This document shows positions 35,856 to 45,334 of a stretch of DNA of 64,000 nucleotides, one piece after another (the stretch's first letter is position 1; every line of letters begins with the position of its first letter). This DNA comes from a virus. Its lineage: Duplodnaviria; Caudoviricetes. The stretch covers positions 34,345-98,344 of IMG/VR virus record IMGVR_UViG_3300031998_000040, one strand, 5' to 3'. A program made the position numbers and the translations under genes. The notes under the pieces are model-generated. The model was not told where the DNA came from. It did not search any database and worked only from the letters and a program-made list of their open reading frames with translations.

Positions 35856-36440
35856 TCAGTAGTTCCCGTCTCCGCTCTGCCGCGTGACGCCTGTTACGCG
35901 GTCTCCGGGTTCCATAATTCCGCGTTCCTTGAGTTCCCTCTCTATCACTTCGGCAAATCTGCCGCCCTCGATCATTTCCTTTACGAAGCGGTGCCAGAAA
36001 GGCCGTTTTGGAATCAGCGGTGGTTTTCTCGGTTCCCAGTTATACGGCGGCCTTTTGGTCTCGATTCTGCGTATGAGTTCGTCTCCGCTCAGATCGGACC
36101 ACAAAATATTCTCGTGTTGACCCGTCGGTTCGTAGGAAATCCCGGCTACCCACTCCATTGAAGAATAGTCAAAAGGCCCTATCTGATGCGTGTACTGTTC
36201 CTCCGAAACTGCCTGATAAAGCGATATCCCCATGCTTGGATTTTCACTTCTTCGGATATATTCTTTCGGGGAGTATTCTCTATACACGTCGTCTTTTATG
36301 TGTTGTTCCAGCGTATTTTTCAGTTCACTGTAGACCGCGTTTGAGATTTCCCGGCCGACTTTTGCATTGAGTATCAGCTTGACTTCTTTCTCTATTCCTT
36401 CAAATCCGAAAGCTTCTATTTTCACCCCTATATCCGCCAT
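35856..36440 (-). CDS. Tail-region hypothetical protein (completion-like)
   Basis: GGGGGTGA + 5 nt + ATG36440; DVY..YSP..Y.R and RPF motifs. Confidence 0.7.
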   Translation of the reverse strand: MADIGVKIEAFGFEGIEKEVKLILNAKVGREISNAVYSELKNTLEQHIKDDVYREYSPKEYIRRSENPSMGISLYQAVSEEQYTHQIGPFDYSSMEWVAGISYEPTGQHENILWSDLSGDELIRRIETKRPPYNWEPRKPPLIPKRPFWHRFVKEMIEGGRFAEVIERELKERGIMEPGDRVTGVTRQSGDGNY

Positions 36441-36521
36441 TCCGTTCACCCCCGTTTAAGGCACAAATCAAAACCCGCACCCTGTACAGCCTTTGATTTA
36501 TCCCCTGTTTTTATGTTCTTC

Positions 36522-36550
36522 TTGCTATAAACATCCTGTTGTGGTATAAT
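36522..36550 (+). promoter_or_regulatory. Sigma-A type promoter for antisense-oriented HNH gene
   Basis: TTGCTA-17 bp-TATAAT with extended TG. Confidence 0.75.
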
Positions 36551-36556
36551 GCTATT

Positions 36557-36660
36557 GGAAGGTTGCGGCTTCCTTATATGTGGTACATCGCGGGGCTTGT
36601 CCCCGCTTTGTTCAGTACGCCGATGGAGCGCCGCAACCGCTCGGTCGGCGTATTTTTATC
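36557..36660 (+). ncRNA. Structured leader with kissing-loop terminator
   Basis: Hairpin loop GTTGCGG (36562-68) is complementary to terminator loop CCGCAAC (36631-37). Confidence 0.55.
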
Positions 36661-36671
36661 GGAGGTGTGCT

Positions 36672-37637
36672 ATGAGAACCGAAGATTTGACGGGTAGAGA
36701 ATACGGTTACTTTACCGTCCTTGGATTTGACCGCTCCGTTGGGGGAAAGCGGTATTGGAACTGCCGTTGCATTTGCGGGAATACCCGAAGTGTAATGACT
36801 TCGTGCTTGATAAACGGCAGGATAAAGTCGTGCGGTTGTATGAATAAAACCAATCGAATTGATCTTACCGGGCAGCGATTCGGCAGGCTTATCGTTACCG
36901 GACTTCATGAAGACCCGAACGACGATAAGTTGAAATGGGATTGCGTCTGCGACTGCGGTAATCGAAAGGTCGTATATGGTGCGCATCTTCGTTACGGTAA
37001 AGTCAAAAGCTGTGGATGCCTAAAAGCCGAGAATGATGCTCCACATCCAGATTCCTTCTACAATCAACGCCTATACGGAGTATGGTGCGGTATGTTGCAG
37101 CGATGCTCTGATAAAGGGCATTCTTCTTTCCACAATTACGGTGGTCGCGGGATTGCCGTTTGCGACGAATGGAGGAACTACGAAGTATTCCGGTCTTGGG
37201 CTTACGCAAACGGTTACGACGAAAACCACGATTCAACGTCATGCACGCTTGACCGCATTGATGTGAATAGTGACTACTGCCCTGAGAATTGCCGCTGGGT
37301 TGACAGGAAAACTCAGAGCCGCAATACGAGGCGCAATTTCCTTGTTGAATACAAAGGAGAATTGTTGTCCGCCACAGATGTTGCCGAAAGGGAGGGAATC
37401 AAAGCCAACACATTACTTAAGCGATTAAAAAGTGGATATTCATTGGAAGAAGCATTGTGTCACGAGAGGGTAGGTCTTCCAACAACTCGCCCTGTAATAT
37501 GTGTAGAACTTAACCGAAGGTTTGATTCAATACTCGATGCTTCCGGGTTCATCAACGTAAAGCCAAGTGCTATCAGCAGGGCATTGCGTGATGGTGGGAG
37601 AAGCGGAGGCTATCATTGGCGCTATGCCATTAACTAA
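36672..37637 (+). CDS. HNH-type homing-endonuclease-like protein (same family as 14091-14918)
   Basis: Two DLTG..(Y/F)G/C.C.CG units; LDRIDVNSDYCPENCRW; NUMOD1-like end; GGAGGT RBS. Confidence 0.85.
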   Translation: MRTEDLTGREYGYFTVLGFDRSVGGKRYWNCRCICGNTRSVMTSCLINGRIKSCGCMNKTNRIDLTGQRFGRLIVTGLHEDPNDDKLKWDCVCDCGNRKVVYGAHLRYGKVKSCGCLKAENDAPHPDSFYNQRLYGVWCGMLQRCSDKGHSSFHNYGGRGIAVCDEWRNYEVFRSWAYANGYDENHDSTSCTLDRIDVNSDYCPENCRWVDRKTQSRNTRRNFLVEYKGELLSATDVAEREGIKANTLLKRLKSGYSLEEALCHERVGLPTTRPVICVELNRRFDSILDASGFINVKPSAISRALRDGGRSGGYHWRYAIN

Positions 37638-37648
37638 ACCGCTTTCAA

Positions 37649-37685
37649 AAATACCCCCGGCCCGAAAGCCGGGGGTATTTCTTTG
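37649..37685. terminator. Bidirectional terminator
   Basis: AAATACCCCCGGC-CCGAAA-GCCGGGGGTATTT. Confidence 0.8.
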
Positions 37686-37689
37686 TGTT

Positions 37690-38814
37690 TCAGACAGAGG
37701 TTACTTCCACATTGATGACGGCGTTGAATTCCGCTTCGCCGTCCGTGAACTCGATCTCCACCTCGCCGGAGCCCGCAGTCGAACCAGCGGAGATGACGCC
37801 GCCAGCGCTCACGCTGGTGCCGCTGGGCAGGCCGGAGCCGGTATAGGTGAATCCGGTGGAGTAGCTGGTGGGCTTGACAAGGCTGTTGTCGGGCATCACC
37901 AGATACACGGGAATCTGCCGCGTGCTGCTGATGGGCAGGCTCACGGTGCCGCCGATGACGGCGAGGCCCTGCACGATCTCCGCGTCGGAGCAGGGGCTGT
38001 AGACGTAGTACGCCAGCGGGTTGGACACGTCGCCGCACAGGTCCGTGGTGGAGGAAACCACCGCGTCATCCTCGCTCAGCGCCATGCCGCTGATAACGGT
38101 GGTGTCGGCGTTGGTCTGGTCGCCGCTGATGTTGGCGTTGGCCTGCAGCTTCAGCATGGGGACGGTGACGTACAGCCAGCCGACGCGGGTGCCGCTGTTG
38201 GCGCTGCCGCCCACGTTGGAGTACACAGCGAAGGACGCGCTGAAATGCACGATCTTCGGGTCCATCAGGCTGCCGATGACCGCCTTGCGGGCAGTGGCTT
38301 TCTGGATGAAGTACCACACCTTATACTGCTGGGCGTTGGTCGCCTCGAAGCCGGAGATCGTACCGTCCGAAGCAATGGGATAGGCGGTTCCGTCCCGGAT
38401 GATGGGGCTGGCCGCGCCAACGGGCTGCACATAGCACACGGCCTCGTCGAAACCGAGCTGCGCCACGGGAGCGCCGTCGCTCACGTCGATGCTGAGGGTG
38501 GTGCCGCTCGCCGTCACGACCTGAGCCACGGGCACGGGAGCGCCGTAGCTGAGAGCCGCGCCCACCTGCGCCGCTTTCTCCCACAGGGAGAAGTCTACGG
38601 CGGTGAATTCCACCGTCAGGTTGGCGTCGCTGGGCAGCGTAGCCACCACGGGATTGCCCAGACCGGCACGGATTTCGTTCAGGTTCACGCTGGTGCTGAC
38701 GCTGCCGGTGTTGAACTGCTTGCTCTGATAAAGGATATCTCCGCTGTCGGGGTCGGTCAAAATCACGTTGCCGACGCCCTTCAGGAACAGAGACTTGTCG
38801 GTAAACTGGATCAT
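37690..38814 (-). CDS. Major tail (tube) protein
   Basis: AAAGGAG RBS then ATG38814; biased codon usage; followed by terminator; position upstream of tape measure. Confidence 0.75.
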   Translation of the reverse strand: MIQFTDKSLFLKGVGNVILTDPDSGDILYQSKQFNTGSVSTSVNLNEIRAGLGNPVVATLPSDANLTVEFTAVDFSLWEKAAQVGAALSYGAPVPVAQVVTASGTTLSIDVSDGAPVAQLGFDEAVCYVQPVGAASPIIRDGTAYPIASDGTISGFEATNAQQYKVWYFIQKATARKAVIGSLMDPKIVHFSASFAVYSNVGGSANSGTRVGWLYVTVPMLKLQANANISGDQTNADTTVISGMALSEDDAVVSSTTDLCGDVSNPLAYYVYSPCSDAEIVQGLAVIGGTVSLPISSTRQIPVYLVMPDNSLVKPTSYSTGFTYTGSGLPSGTSVSAGGVISAGSTAGSGEVEIEFTDGEAEFNAVINVEVTSV

Positions 38815-39219
38815 AGGATTGTCACTCCTTTGTCTTGGTTGTGGATAAATGGTGATCTGCGCGGAGCCTGTGTTGGCGGAAGCTGTGTATCCGTTGTCTG
38901 CGGGGTAAAGGTCCTCGGCCGGATACAGGTCGTTTGCCGGGTAAAGCCCTCCCACGAGGTTCGTCGCCACCGCCCGGTAGTAGACGATCTGACGGATCAT
39001 TCCCGTATTCAGCTCTGTGGACGGCGTATAGCTGTCTCCGATTCCGCCGGGAATATCCAGCCAGTTCAGCCCGTCGGGGCTTTCCTGCCATTGGTAGTAG
39101 ATCGTCCCTCCGTCGGTAACGGTCGCTTCCACCGTCAGCGGTGCCGCCAAATCTCCCGCGTTATACGCCGCCGAGACCGGCTGCGTGACGATGGTCGGTG
39201 TCTGCGCCGAAGTAGGCGT
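38815..39219 (-). CDS. Ig-like domain in frame with the major tail protein N-terminus (no ATG; candidate ACG start)
   Basis: PTIVTQPVS...LTVEA...YQWQ...Y.AVATN Ig pattern; no stop before ATG38814. Confidence 0.65.
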
Positions 39220-39239
39220 CGTCCTCACCCCCTTTTTGC

Positions 39240-40076
39240 TTATTGCTGCTGTTGCGCCTCGATTCCCTCGCGCACGGCGTCGGTCGCCGCGCCGCTTGCG
39301 AAATCCGAAAGGGCGACTTTCGCCGCGCTTCCCGTCTTTTTCCGGTCAAAAAAGGGGTTCGGCACCGGATTGCCTTTCTTCCATTTGGTCCCCTGCGCTT
39401 CGCCTATGCCGCACACCAGATAATCCAGAGCGCGGTGAAGCGCTCTTTGTCTGCTCTGCAGCTTGGCGATGGGCCAGTCGTATATTTCCTTTTCGTCGGC
39501 CCCGCTGAGCGCCGCCACGGAAGAAATCAGGCTATCCAGATTCACTTCCAGCTCCGGCGCTTTCTGCCTTGCGATCTCCTGCTCCGCTTCCACAAGCTCC
39601 GGGTTGGCATCTTCTTCCGGTATCTCCAGGCCGTTCTGAGCGGCAAGGATCGGTCGCAGTCGTTGAAACATTGCCGGTGTGATCTCGCAGATTTCTTCGC
39701 CGTCCGGTGTAAAACAGAGGGATTTCAGCCGCCCATTTGGTGTGACTCTTGGGCGAAACAGCGCGACGCGCTTCTCCACAGGGAGGCCCTGCCCGATTCT
39801 CAGGCTGAGGGCTAGGAAAAGCACTGTCCGCACCATCAGGCCCGTCGGAAGCTTCTCGTCCGCTACGCTCTGGTTGTCCATAAGGTAGTAGGCTTGCATC
39901 AGCGGCATGTTGAGGAATACGCGGGGCAGGCTCTGATGCATAAACTCTACAGCCGCCTTGGCGATCCGGTATTCGTCGTATTCCTCCACCAGTATGGGGT
40001 GGAAGACCATCCCCTCCATTTCCACGGGTTCATAGCGCCGAATCTTTTTGAGATACTTCGTCGGGATATCGCTCAT
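39240..40076 (-). CDS. Tail assembly chaperone-like protein
   Basis: Tail-module position; helical. Confidence 0.55.
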   Translation of the reverse strand: MSDIPTKYLKKIRRYEPVEMEGMVFHPILVEEYDEYRIAKAAVEFMHQSLPRVFLNMPLMQAYYLMDNQSVADEKLPTGLMVRTVLFLALSLRIGQGLPVEKRVALFRPRVTPNGRLKSLCFTPDGEEICEITPAMFQRLRPILAAQNGLEIPEEDANPELVEAEQEIARQKAPELEVNLDSLISSVAALSGADEKEIYDWPIAKLQSRQRALHRALDYLVCGIGEAQGTKWKKGNPVPNPFFDRKKTGSAAKVALSDFASGAATDAVREGIEAQQQQ

Positions 40077-40151
40077 TCTTCTGCTTCCTCCCGAATCTAT
40101 GAATCAACGGTCCGCAGAGCGGTGTGAAACTCTCCGTCCCGCTGTTTCTGT

Positions 40152-40871
40152 TTATTTGAATCGGTTCACGCCCCAGCTCTCCACGGTTCCGTCGCCGCCC
40201 GCCATATAGGTCAGGCTCATGACGAGCCGACGCCCCACGTTCGTGCCGGATTCATCGTAAAAATTCTGGCTTCCCGCGTCGCCGTGGGTGTGCCGCGAGT
40301 AGTTCATCACGCCGATTCCCGCGAGGTTGACCCCGTGCAGGGCGTCGATGATGTCCTTCTCCATTGCGTAGGCTTTGCTGAGACCGCCCACGCCCATCGT
40401 CGTCTCAAGGTTTGCGTTGACGTAGATATCGAAGATAACGCCGATCTCCACGCGGAAATCGTCCAGCGGCGTCTCACGCCCCATGTAGACCTTCAGGCTC
40501 GTCTGCGCTTCGATCTGGCTGGGCATCCACCATTGCAGGGGGTACATCCTGTACCCCTGCGGGTGCTGCGCCTGCTCCTCGTCCGTATTCAGCGTTGGAT
40601 GATGCCCGTCAAAGAGCATCGACAGCTTCTGCTCCGGCGTGGGGTTCGGATAGGCAAGCGGGTCGTCCGCGTCGTACCACAGCCGCTTCATCAGACGGCA
40701 GCGCGGGTAGCCGTTATTGTCCGCCGGCGTGTATCCCGGCATCGGCAGGTCCATGAGATAACGGCAAATAAGCAGCGGGATTTCGGAAGCCATCTCCATT
40801 TTTGGAAAGTCCGCCACCCGTTCATACGGATAGGTAGGGCTGTCCACGCCGATCTCTCTTTCGTCGTCCAT
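40152..40871 (-). CDS. Putative tail terminator/neck protein
   Basis: Position; GGAGGTGA RBS. Confidence 0.55.
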   Translation of the reverse strand: MDDEREIGVDSPTYPYERVADFPKMEMASEIPLLICRYLMDLPMPGYTPADNNGYPRCRLMKRLWYDADDPLAYPNPTPEQKLSMLFDGHHPTLNTDEEQAQHPQGYRMYPLQWWMPSQIEAQTSLKVYMGRETPLDDFRVEIGVIFDIYVNANLETTMGVGGLSKAYAMEKDIIDALHGVNLAGIGVMNYSRHTHGDAGSQNFYDESGTNVGRRLVMSLTYMAGGDGTVESWGVNRFK

Positions 40872-41021
40872 GCCGTTGTCTCACCTCCCTCGTCCTTATT
40901 CGGCGGAATACGGCGCGGCTTCCGTTGGTCGCCGCTTGAAGATTCCGCCGAAACGTCCTCTCCAAATCGAATCCGCTTCGCTGGGTTTCGATTTGGTTTT
41001 GTGCCGGAATCCCGTGGGGCG

Positions 41022-41618
41022 TTATCCCCTTGCCGCCTTGTATTCCTCCAGGTCCCGCTTCGCTTCCTCCGTGGCTTTCAGCAGCGCCTCCATCGCCTCC
41101 GGCGTGGTCTGCGCCGACATCATCATCTGGAAGCGGCTAACGGTGTCGTTCATGGCGGGAAGCATCCCGTAGCACTCCGCGTTCAGGAGCTTTTCGAGAA
41201 GCTTGTAGTCCGCCAGCAGGTCGTAGATTTTGTCCTGCAATTCCTTGTCCGCCGTGCGCTTCTTGATGCGTTCGATCTGGCTGATAAGGAAGCTCCGGGA
41301 TGCCGCCTCGTATGTCTCGTCGGTGATGTCCCAGGGGCCTCCGTCCTCTGCAAGATCGACCGGCAGGTGGAGATACAGCTTCATCAGCGCCGCCGTCATG
41401 TACCGGTGCTTCCGAAGGGCGCTCTCCTTGTAGAAGGGCGGCAGCGGGTCTCCGTTCTCCGTTCCGATCTCCATTTTGTCGAAGCATCCGAGAGAAACGT
41501 CCTTGATGAATTCTTCCTTGTCCCTCATGGAAACATAGCTGACGGATTTTTCTCTCATATAGTCTTCCGTCAGGCAGATCATGACCTCCCACAGGGGCTT
41601 GTTCTTCTCGCTTTCCAT
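41022..41618 (-). CDS. Hypothetical morphogenesis protein
   Basis: AAAGGA RBS; late operon. Confidence 0.7.
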   Translation of the reverse strand: MESEKNKPLWEVMICLTEDYMREKSVSYVSMRDKEEFIKDVSLGCFDKMEIGTENGDPLPPFYKESALRKHRYMTAALMKLYLHLPVDLAEDGGPWDITDETYEAASRSFLISQIERIKKRTADKELQDKIYDLLADYKLLEKLLNAECYGMLPAMNDTVSRFQMMMSAQTTPEAMEALLKATEEAKRDLEEYKAARG

Positions 41619-41679
41619 GCAGTTTTTCCTTTCTTTTTCACGGATTCCGCGATTCTATCTTTACTATTTCCCATTCTTT

Positions 41680-41695
41680 CGGCGTTTTCGCGCCA
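41680..41695 (-). promoter_or_regulatory. Candidate late-gene regulatory motif, copy 2
   Basis: TGGCGCGAAAACGCCG followed by an A-rich stretch. Confidence 0.5.
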
Positions 41696-41697
41696 TT

Positions 41698-42042
41698 TTA
41701 TTTGCTTTCCATGACGATGCATTGCAGGGTCAGCGCAGAGGACGGCGTTCCGCCCAGCGCATAAAGCGTCAGCGTCCCCGCGTTGTTTTCCACCAGCATG
41801 GCGTCCACTCCGTCCGCCATGATGGACGCAAGCTGTGCCGCTGTCGGTTGGAGATCAACGATGCTCTTGGAATCGATGCTGACGCCGGTCACGGTGATGA
41901 CCTGGGAATAGGGGTCGCTTCCGCTCCATGTCGTTCCGACGGAAATAACGCCGACAGATACTTGTGCGCTTCCGCCTCCGCCGCCACCGCCGCCCGCTTG
42001 GGCGGACGCGGCCATGCCGCGGGCGATGTTGTCAACTGCCAT
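41698..42042 (-). CDS. Small virion protein sharing a domain with the tail fibre adaptors
   Basis: W.G..PY.Q.ITV.G...DLQPTAAQ...ENNAGTLT. Confidence 0.75.
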   Translation of the reverse strand: MAVDNIARGMAASAQAGGGGGGGGSAQVSVGVISVGTTWSGSDPYSQVITVTGVSIDSKSIVDLQPTAAQLASIMADGVDAMLVENNAGTLTLYALGGTPSSALTLQCIVMESK

Positions 42043-42049
42043 CTCTCAT

Positions 42050-42379
42050 TCACCCCCCGATTGCCGCGCCGAACACGGTCACGCTTCCGGCGGAGTTCCC
42101 GTTGACGACCTGCATCTCCCTGATGCCGCTGGCCGCTACGCTGTAAATCCCGGACGCGGTAATGGACTCGACTACGCTGTAATCCGTCTGGTTGATAGCC
42201 GCCAGCGCAATGAAGCTTCCGTTCTCGGTGTCCGCTTTGCCTTTTACAGTCACGTCCAAAGTGCTTGCCCCGGTCGCCTGCACCACTACCGTGTCCGCAC
42301 CGTAAGGGACATAGAAGGTGCTGCTGGTTGTGTCCGTGCTGTTCGTGTCCAGAAACACGAAATTTGCCAAAACCGCCAT
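42050..42379 (-). CDS. Small beta-rich virion protein
   Basis: AGGGAG RBS; late operon. Confidence 0.7.
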   Translation of the reverse strand: MAVLANFVFLDTNSTDTTSSTFYVPYGADTVVVQATGASTLDVTVKGKADTENGSFIALAAINQTDYSVVESITASGIYSVAASGIREMQVVNGNSAGSVTVFGAAIGG

Positions 42380-42411
42380 GACTTAAAACACTCCCTTGTC
42401 TAAAACTATAA

Positions 42412-43737
42412 TCAAATCCCCTTGAGGATGATCTCCGCTACCGCGCTGTATTCTCCGTAGCTCGCCATGACTTTCAGAGGCGTCACGCTTCCGCCCCAAC
42501 AGGTGATTGTCACGGAATTGCCGTTGATTTCCGCTGTATATGCCGCAGGATTCGCCCCGGATACGGTGTATTCCACCGGAACGCCGGTGATTTCCCCGTC
42601 TTCCATGTATTCCGCTTCCAGCGTAACGCTCTGATACATGCGGAGCTGAGCCGGAATGTCCTGCAAGAATACCACTTGTCCTCCGCTCTGAGCGCCCGCC
42701 ACGGTCACGTCATAGGTTGCCGTGATGTCCGGGTTCTGCGCCAGCGTACATGTGATTTGCGCCGTTCCCTCGGCGTTGGCGGTCACGTTTCCGCTCTCGT
42801 CCACGCCGACCACGCTCTCGTCGCTGCTTTCCCACAGGTAGGTGATGGGATATTCCTCCGAATTCTCGACGATCTGACCCATTCTGCGGCTTGTAGGGGC
42901 TATTGCCCCCGTGCCGCCAACGGTCATGGTCGGCGCGCCGGAGAGTTCGATTTCCCATGTGAAAGTGAGACCTTCGGCTACGCGGTTCACCATGTCGTCG
43001 ATCTCGCCATTGGGTTCTTCGTACCGCGCCGTGAAGCGAATCAGCCTTGTGGAGTCGAAATCCCCGGTGAATTCCTCGAAGAAGTCCGTAAAACCTGTGA
43101 TTCTGTAGGCCCCGGAGCCGAAAATCATGCGAGAATTGGTGCCGAGCTGCTTCGTCCAGCGGTTCGAGGCGCAGGCGATATTGAAGTAGCCTTTGGTGAT
43201 ATTGTCCCATTGCTGGCTGTCATCGCTGTTGGCACTGGCTCGATCCGTCTCCACGACGAACGGTTCCTGAAGCACGTTGCCGTACCAGTCGAGGTGGTTC
43301 CAAGTCACCCGGCAGCGCCGAACGATACCGCCGCCGTCCCCGTTGGAGATATCCAGCGGGTTAATCATGAGCCAAACGGCCCCCATCGCCCGGAATTTCG
43401 TGCCTTGGGGGATGTACGGAAGCGCCGGTTCCTCCAGCATCAGGTGTTTGTAATCGTCAAACTCCCGCTGGATTGCGGAGCTGGGGCGTACCACTTCCGC
43501 AAGGCGGAACTTGCACTTGACCCATTCATCCGCGTCCGGTCCGTAGAATCCGAGGGCTTCCCCGGCGAAGAAATCCGAGGCGTATTTCAGGTATTTCTTC
43601 TTGAATCTGTCCGTTTCGCTCATGTAATACTGGTATTCCCGGTCTTTATACTGCGCAGGCACGTTCCAAGCGGGGTCGGATACCGTACCTCCGAAGCTCA
43701 GAAGGGCGTTCTTTGTAGTCTTATCGAGGGTTCCCAT
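42412..43737 (-). CDS. Head-closure-like protein with C-terminal Ig-like (Big_2) domains
   Basis: WESSDESVVGVDESGNVTANAEGTAQIT. Confidence 0.7.
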   Translation of the reverse strand: MGTLDKTTKNALLSFGGTVSDPAWNVPAQYKDREYQYYMSETDRFKKKYLKYASDFFAGEALGFYGPDADEWVKCKFRLAEVVRPSSAIQREFDDYKHLMLEEPALPYIPQGTKFRAMGAVWLMINPLDISNGDGGGIVRRCRVTWNHLDWYGNVLQEPFVVETDRASANSDDSQQWDNITKGYFNIACASNRWTKQLGTNSRMIFGSGAYRITGFTDFFEEFTGDFDSTRLIRFTARYEEPNGEIDDMVNRVAEGLTFTWEIELSGAPTMTVGGTGAIAPTSRRMGQIVENSEEYPITYLWESSDESVVGVDESGNVTANAEGTAQITCTLAQNPDITATYDVTVAGAQSGGQVVFLQDIPAQLRMYQSVTLEAEYMEDGEITGVPVEYTVSGANPAAYTAEINGNSVTITCWGGSVTPLKVMASYGEYSAVAEIILKGI

Positions 43738-43751
43738 ATCGCTCCCCCCCC

Positions 43752-44447
43752 TCAGGCAAGCACGATGTTCATGCCGTTACTTCGCATCGTCTTGTAGGCG
43801 CAAAGCTGTTCGTACTTGTGCAGTTCGTCGTTGAAACTCTGGCGGTTTTCCCGCAGGCGGATGGTCACTTTGTCCATGTAGTTGGCTTCGTTGACCGTGG
43901 AGAAGCTGGAATCGTGGATTTTGGGCTGCAAATTCAAAAAATTGCGGCTAAAGTCCTCGTCCCATGCCACGCAGACCGCCAGACCGAACAGGCGCTTCTG
44001 GCTCAGCGTCAGGTCATTGAATGTGCCGTCCGTGTAGAAGTCCAGTTCGTAATGCACCCCCGCTGCTTCCTGCTGGGAGAAAGTCACGATGCCAGTTTCA
44101 GCATCATAGACTGCCCCGGCGTAGGGCGCGACGCTGGTGCCGTCCGCCCCGTAGACGATGACGGACATCATTTCATACCCCAAAAGCCCGGTATTCACCG
44201 CCGTTTCCCCGGTCAGGCTCTCCTCCGTGCTTTCCCACGAGTAGTCGCCGTACTCCGGCTGCACCATGTCCTTTTCCAGATAGTCCAGAAGTTCCGGCGG
44301 ACTGTTAAGAAGGGGGAGCGCAAACAGCACGCTGTCGCTCTTGGCCCTATAGAATTGCGCGGGACTGACGGTGATTTGCTCCCGCCACCGTTCGTCGTCC
44401 AGCGCCTGCATAGCCGCATTTATTACTTCGCTCCAGCCCGTAGCCAT
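43752..44447 (-). CDS. Putative head-tail adaptor
   Basis: Position after capsid genes. Confidence 0.55.
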   Translation of the reverse strand: MATGWSEVINAAMQALDDERWREQITVSPAQFYRAKSDSVLFALPLLNSPPELLDYLEKDMVQPEYGDYSWESTEESLTGETAVNTGLLGYEMMSVIVYGADGTSVAPYAGAVYDAETGIVTFSQQEAAGVHYELDFYTDGTFNDLTLSQKRLFGLAVCVAWDEDFSRNFLNLQPKIHDSSFSTVNEANYMDKVTIRLRENRQSFNDELHKYEQLCAYKTMRSNGMNIVLA

Positions 44448-44475
44448 CGCGCTCTCCCCTTCCTTTAAGGTCTTG

Positions 44476-45222
44476 TCAGACCTGCTCGGCGTTCATTTCC
44501 TCCAAGATGGTCCGGAATGCGTTCTTTTCCCTTCCGACGTTCTTCGCCAGCCGGTTCAGCTCCGCCACAGTGTCCCGGTTCACCAGAGGATTCTTGCTCC
44601 GCCATGCGTCGAAGTAGCGTTTCTCCACCACTTCTTTGTGCCCGTCGCACAGGCTGGGATAAATGCCCAGGATACCGTTGCCCAGCTCGATGATGCGGGA
44701 GAAGTCGCTTTCCTTCAGCACTTCGTCCAGGCGGTAATCCACGCCGTAGGCGGCGCGTTCCTCGTCGGTCATGCCGCTCACTACGACGATCCAGCGCTTC
44801 TTCATCAGCAGGCGGAACATGGTGTCCATGACCCGGCTCAGGTCGGATTTCGGCACATAGAAGGTCCCGGTCTTCCCCACGATGCGGCCATACATGCCGT
44901 TGGGGCCGACTTCATATACGTTCTCGTCGCAGACCTCCGCCATGTAGAGGAACATCACCTTTTCCACGTCGGCAGCCACCTGGATGAACTGTGGCTTCTG
45001 CGCCTCTGCCAGAGCTTCCTTGAAGGAAGCCATCTGCTTCGACATTTCTTCTTTCATGGCGGCGATCTGCGCCTCATACTGGGCTTTCAGTTCCGCCACC
45101 GGGTCCTTCTCCGCTTCCTTGTTTTCCGTGGTCGGAGCCTCGGTGATCCGTTCCGCTTCCTTCTTCTCCGCCTGCGCAGCGGCGCTCTTGCGCGTCCGCG
45201 TCTTTTTCGTTTCTTCTGCCAT
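44476..45222 (-). CDS. Hypothetical head-associated protein
   Basis: AAAGGA RBS then ATG45222. Confidence 0.7.
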   Translation of the reverse strand: MAEETKKTRTRKSAAAQAEKKEAERITEAPTTENKEAEKDPVAELKAQYEAQIAAMKEEMSKQMASFKEALAEAQKPQFIQVAADVEKVMFLYMAEVCDENVYEVGPNGMYGRIVGKTGTFYVPKSDLSRVMDTMFRLLMKKRWIVVVSGMTDEERAAYGVDYRLDEVLKESDFSRIIELGNGILGIYPSLCDGHKEVVEKRYFDAWRSKNPLVNRDTVAELNRLAKNVGREKNAFRTILEEMNAEQV

Positions 45223-45334
45223 CGTCTCAATTTCCTTTCTTTTTGATGGGTGCCGTCCGCCGGTGCCGCCCCGGCGCATGTCACTGGACACGGCATAGCG
45301 GGGCGGGGTATTCCCCGTCCCGCGTTGGAAAGGC

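Noticed and set aside
39343-39360. -1 frameshift at CCC TTT TTT in the chaperone-like gene
   Set aside because: The -1 frame reaches TGA immediately; only the following AAA AAG could work, and it yields an implausible Arg-rich linker.
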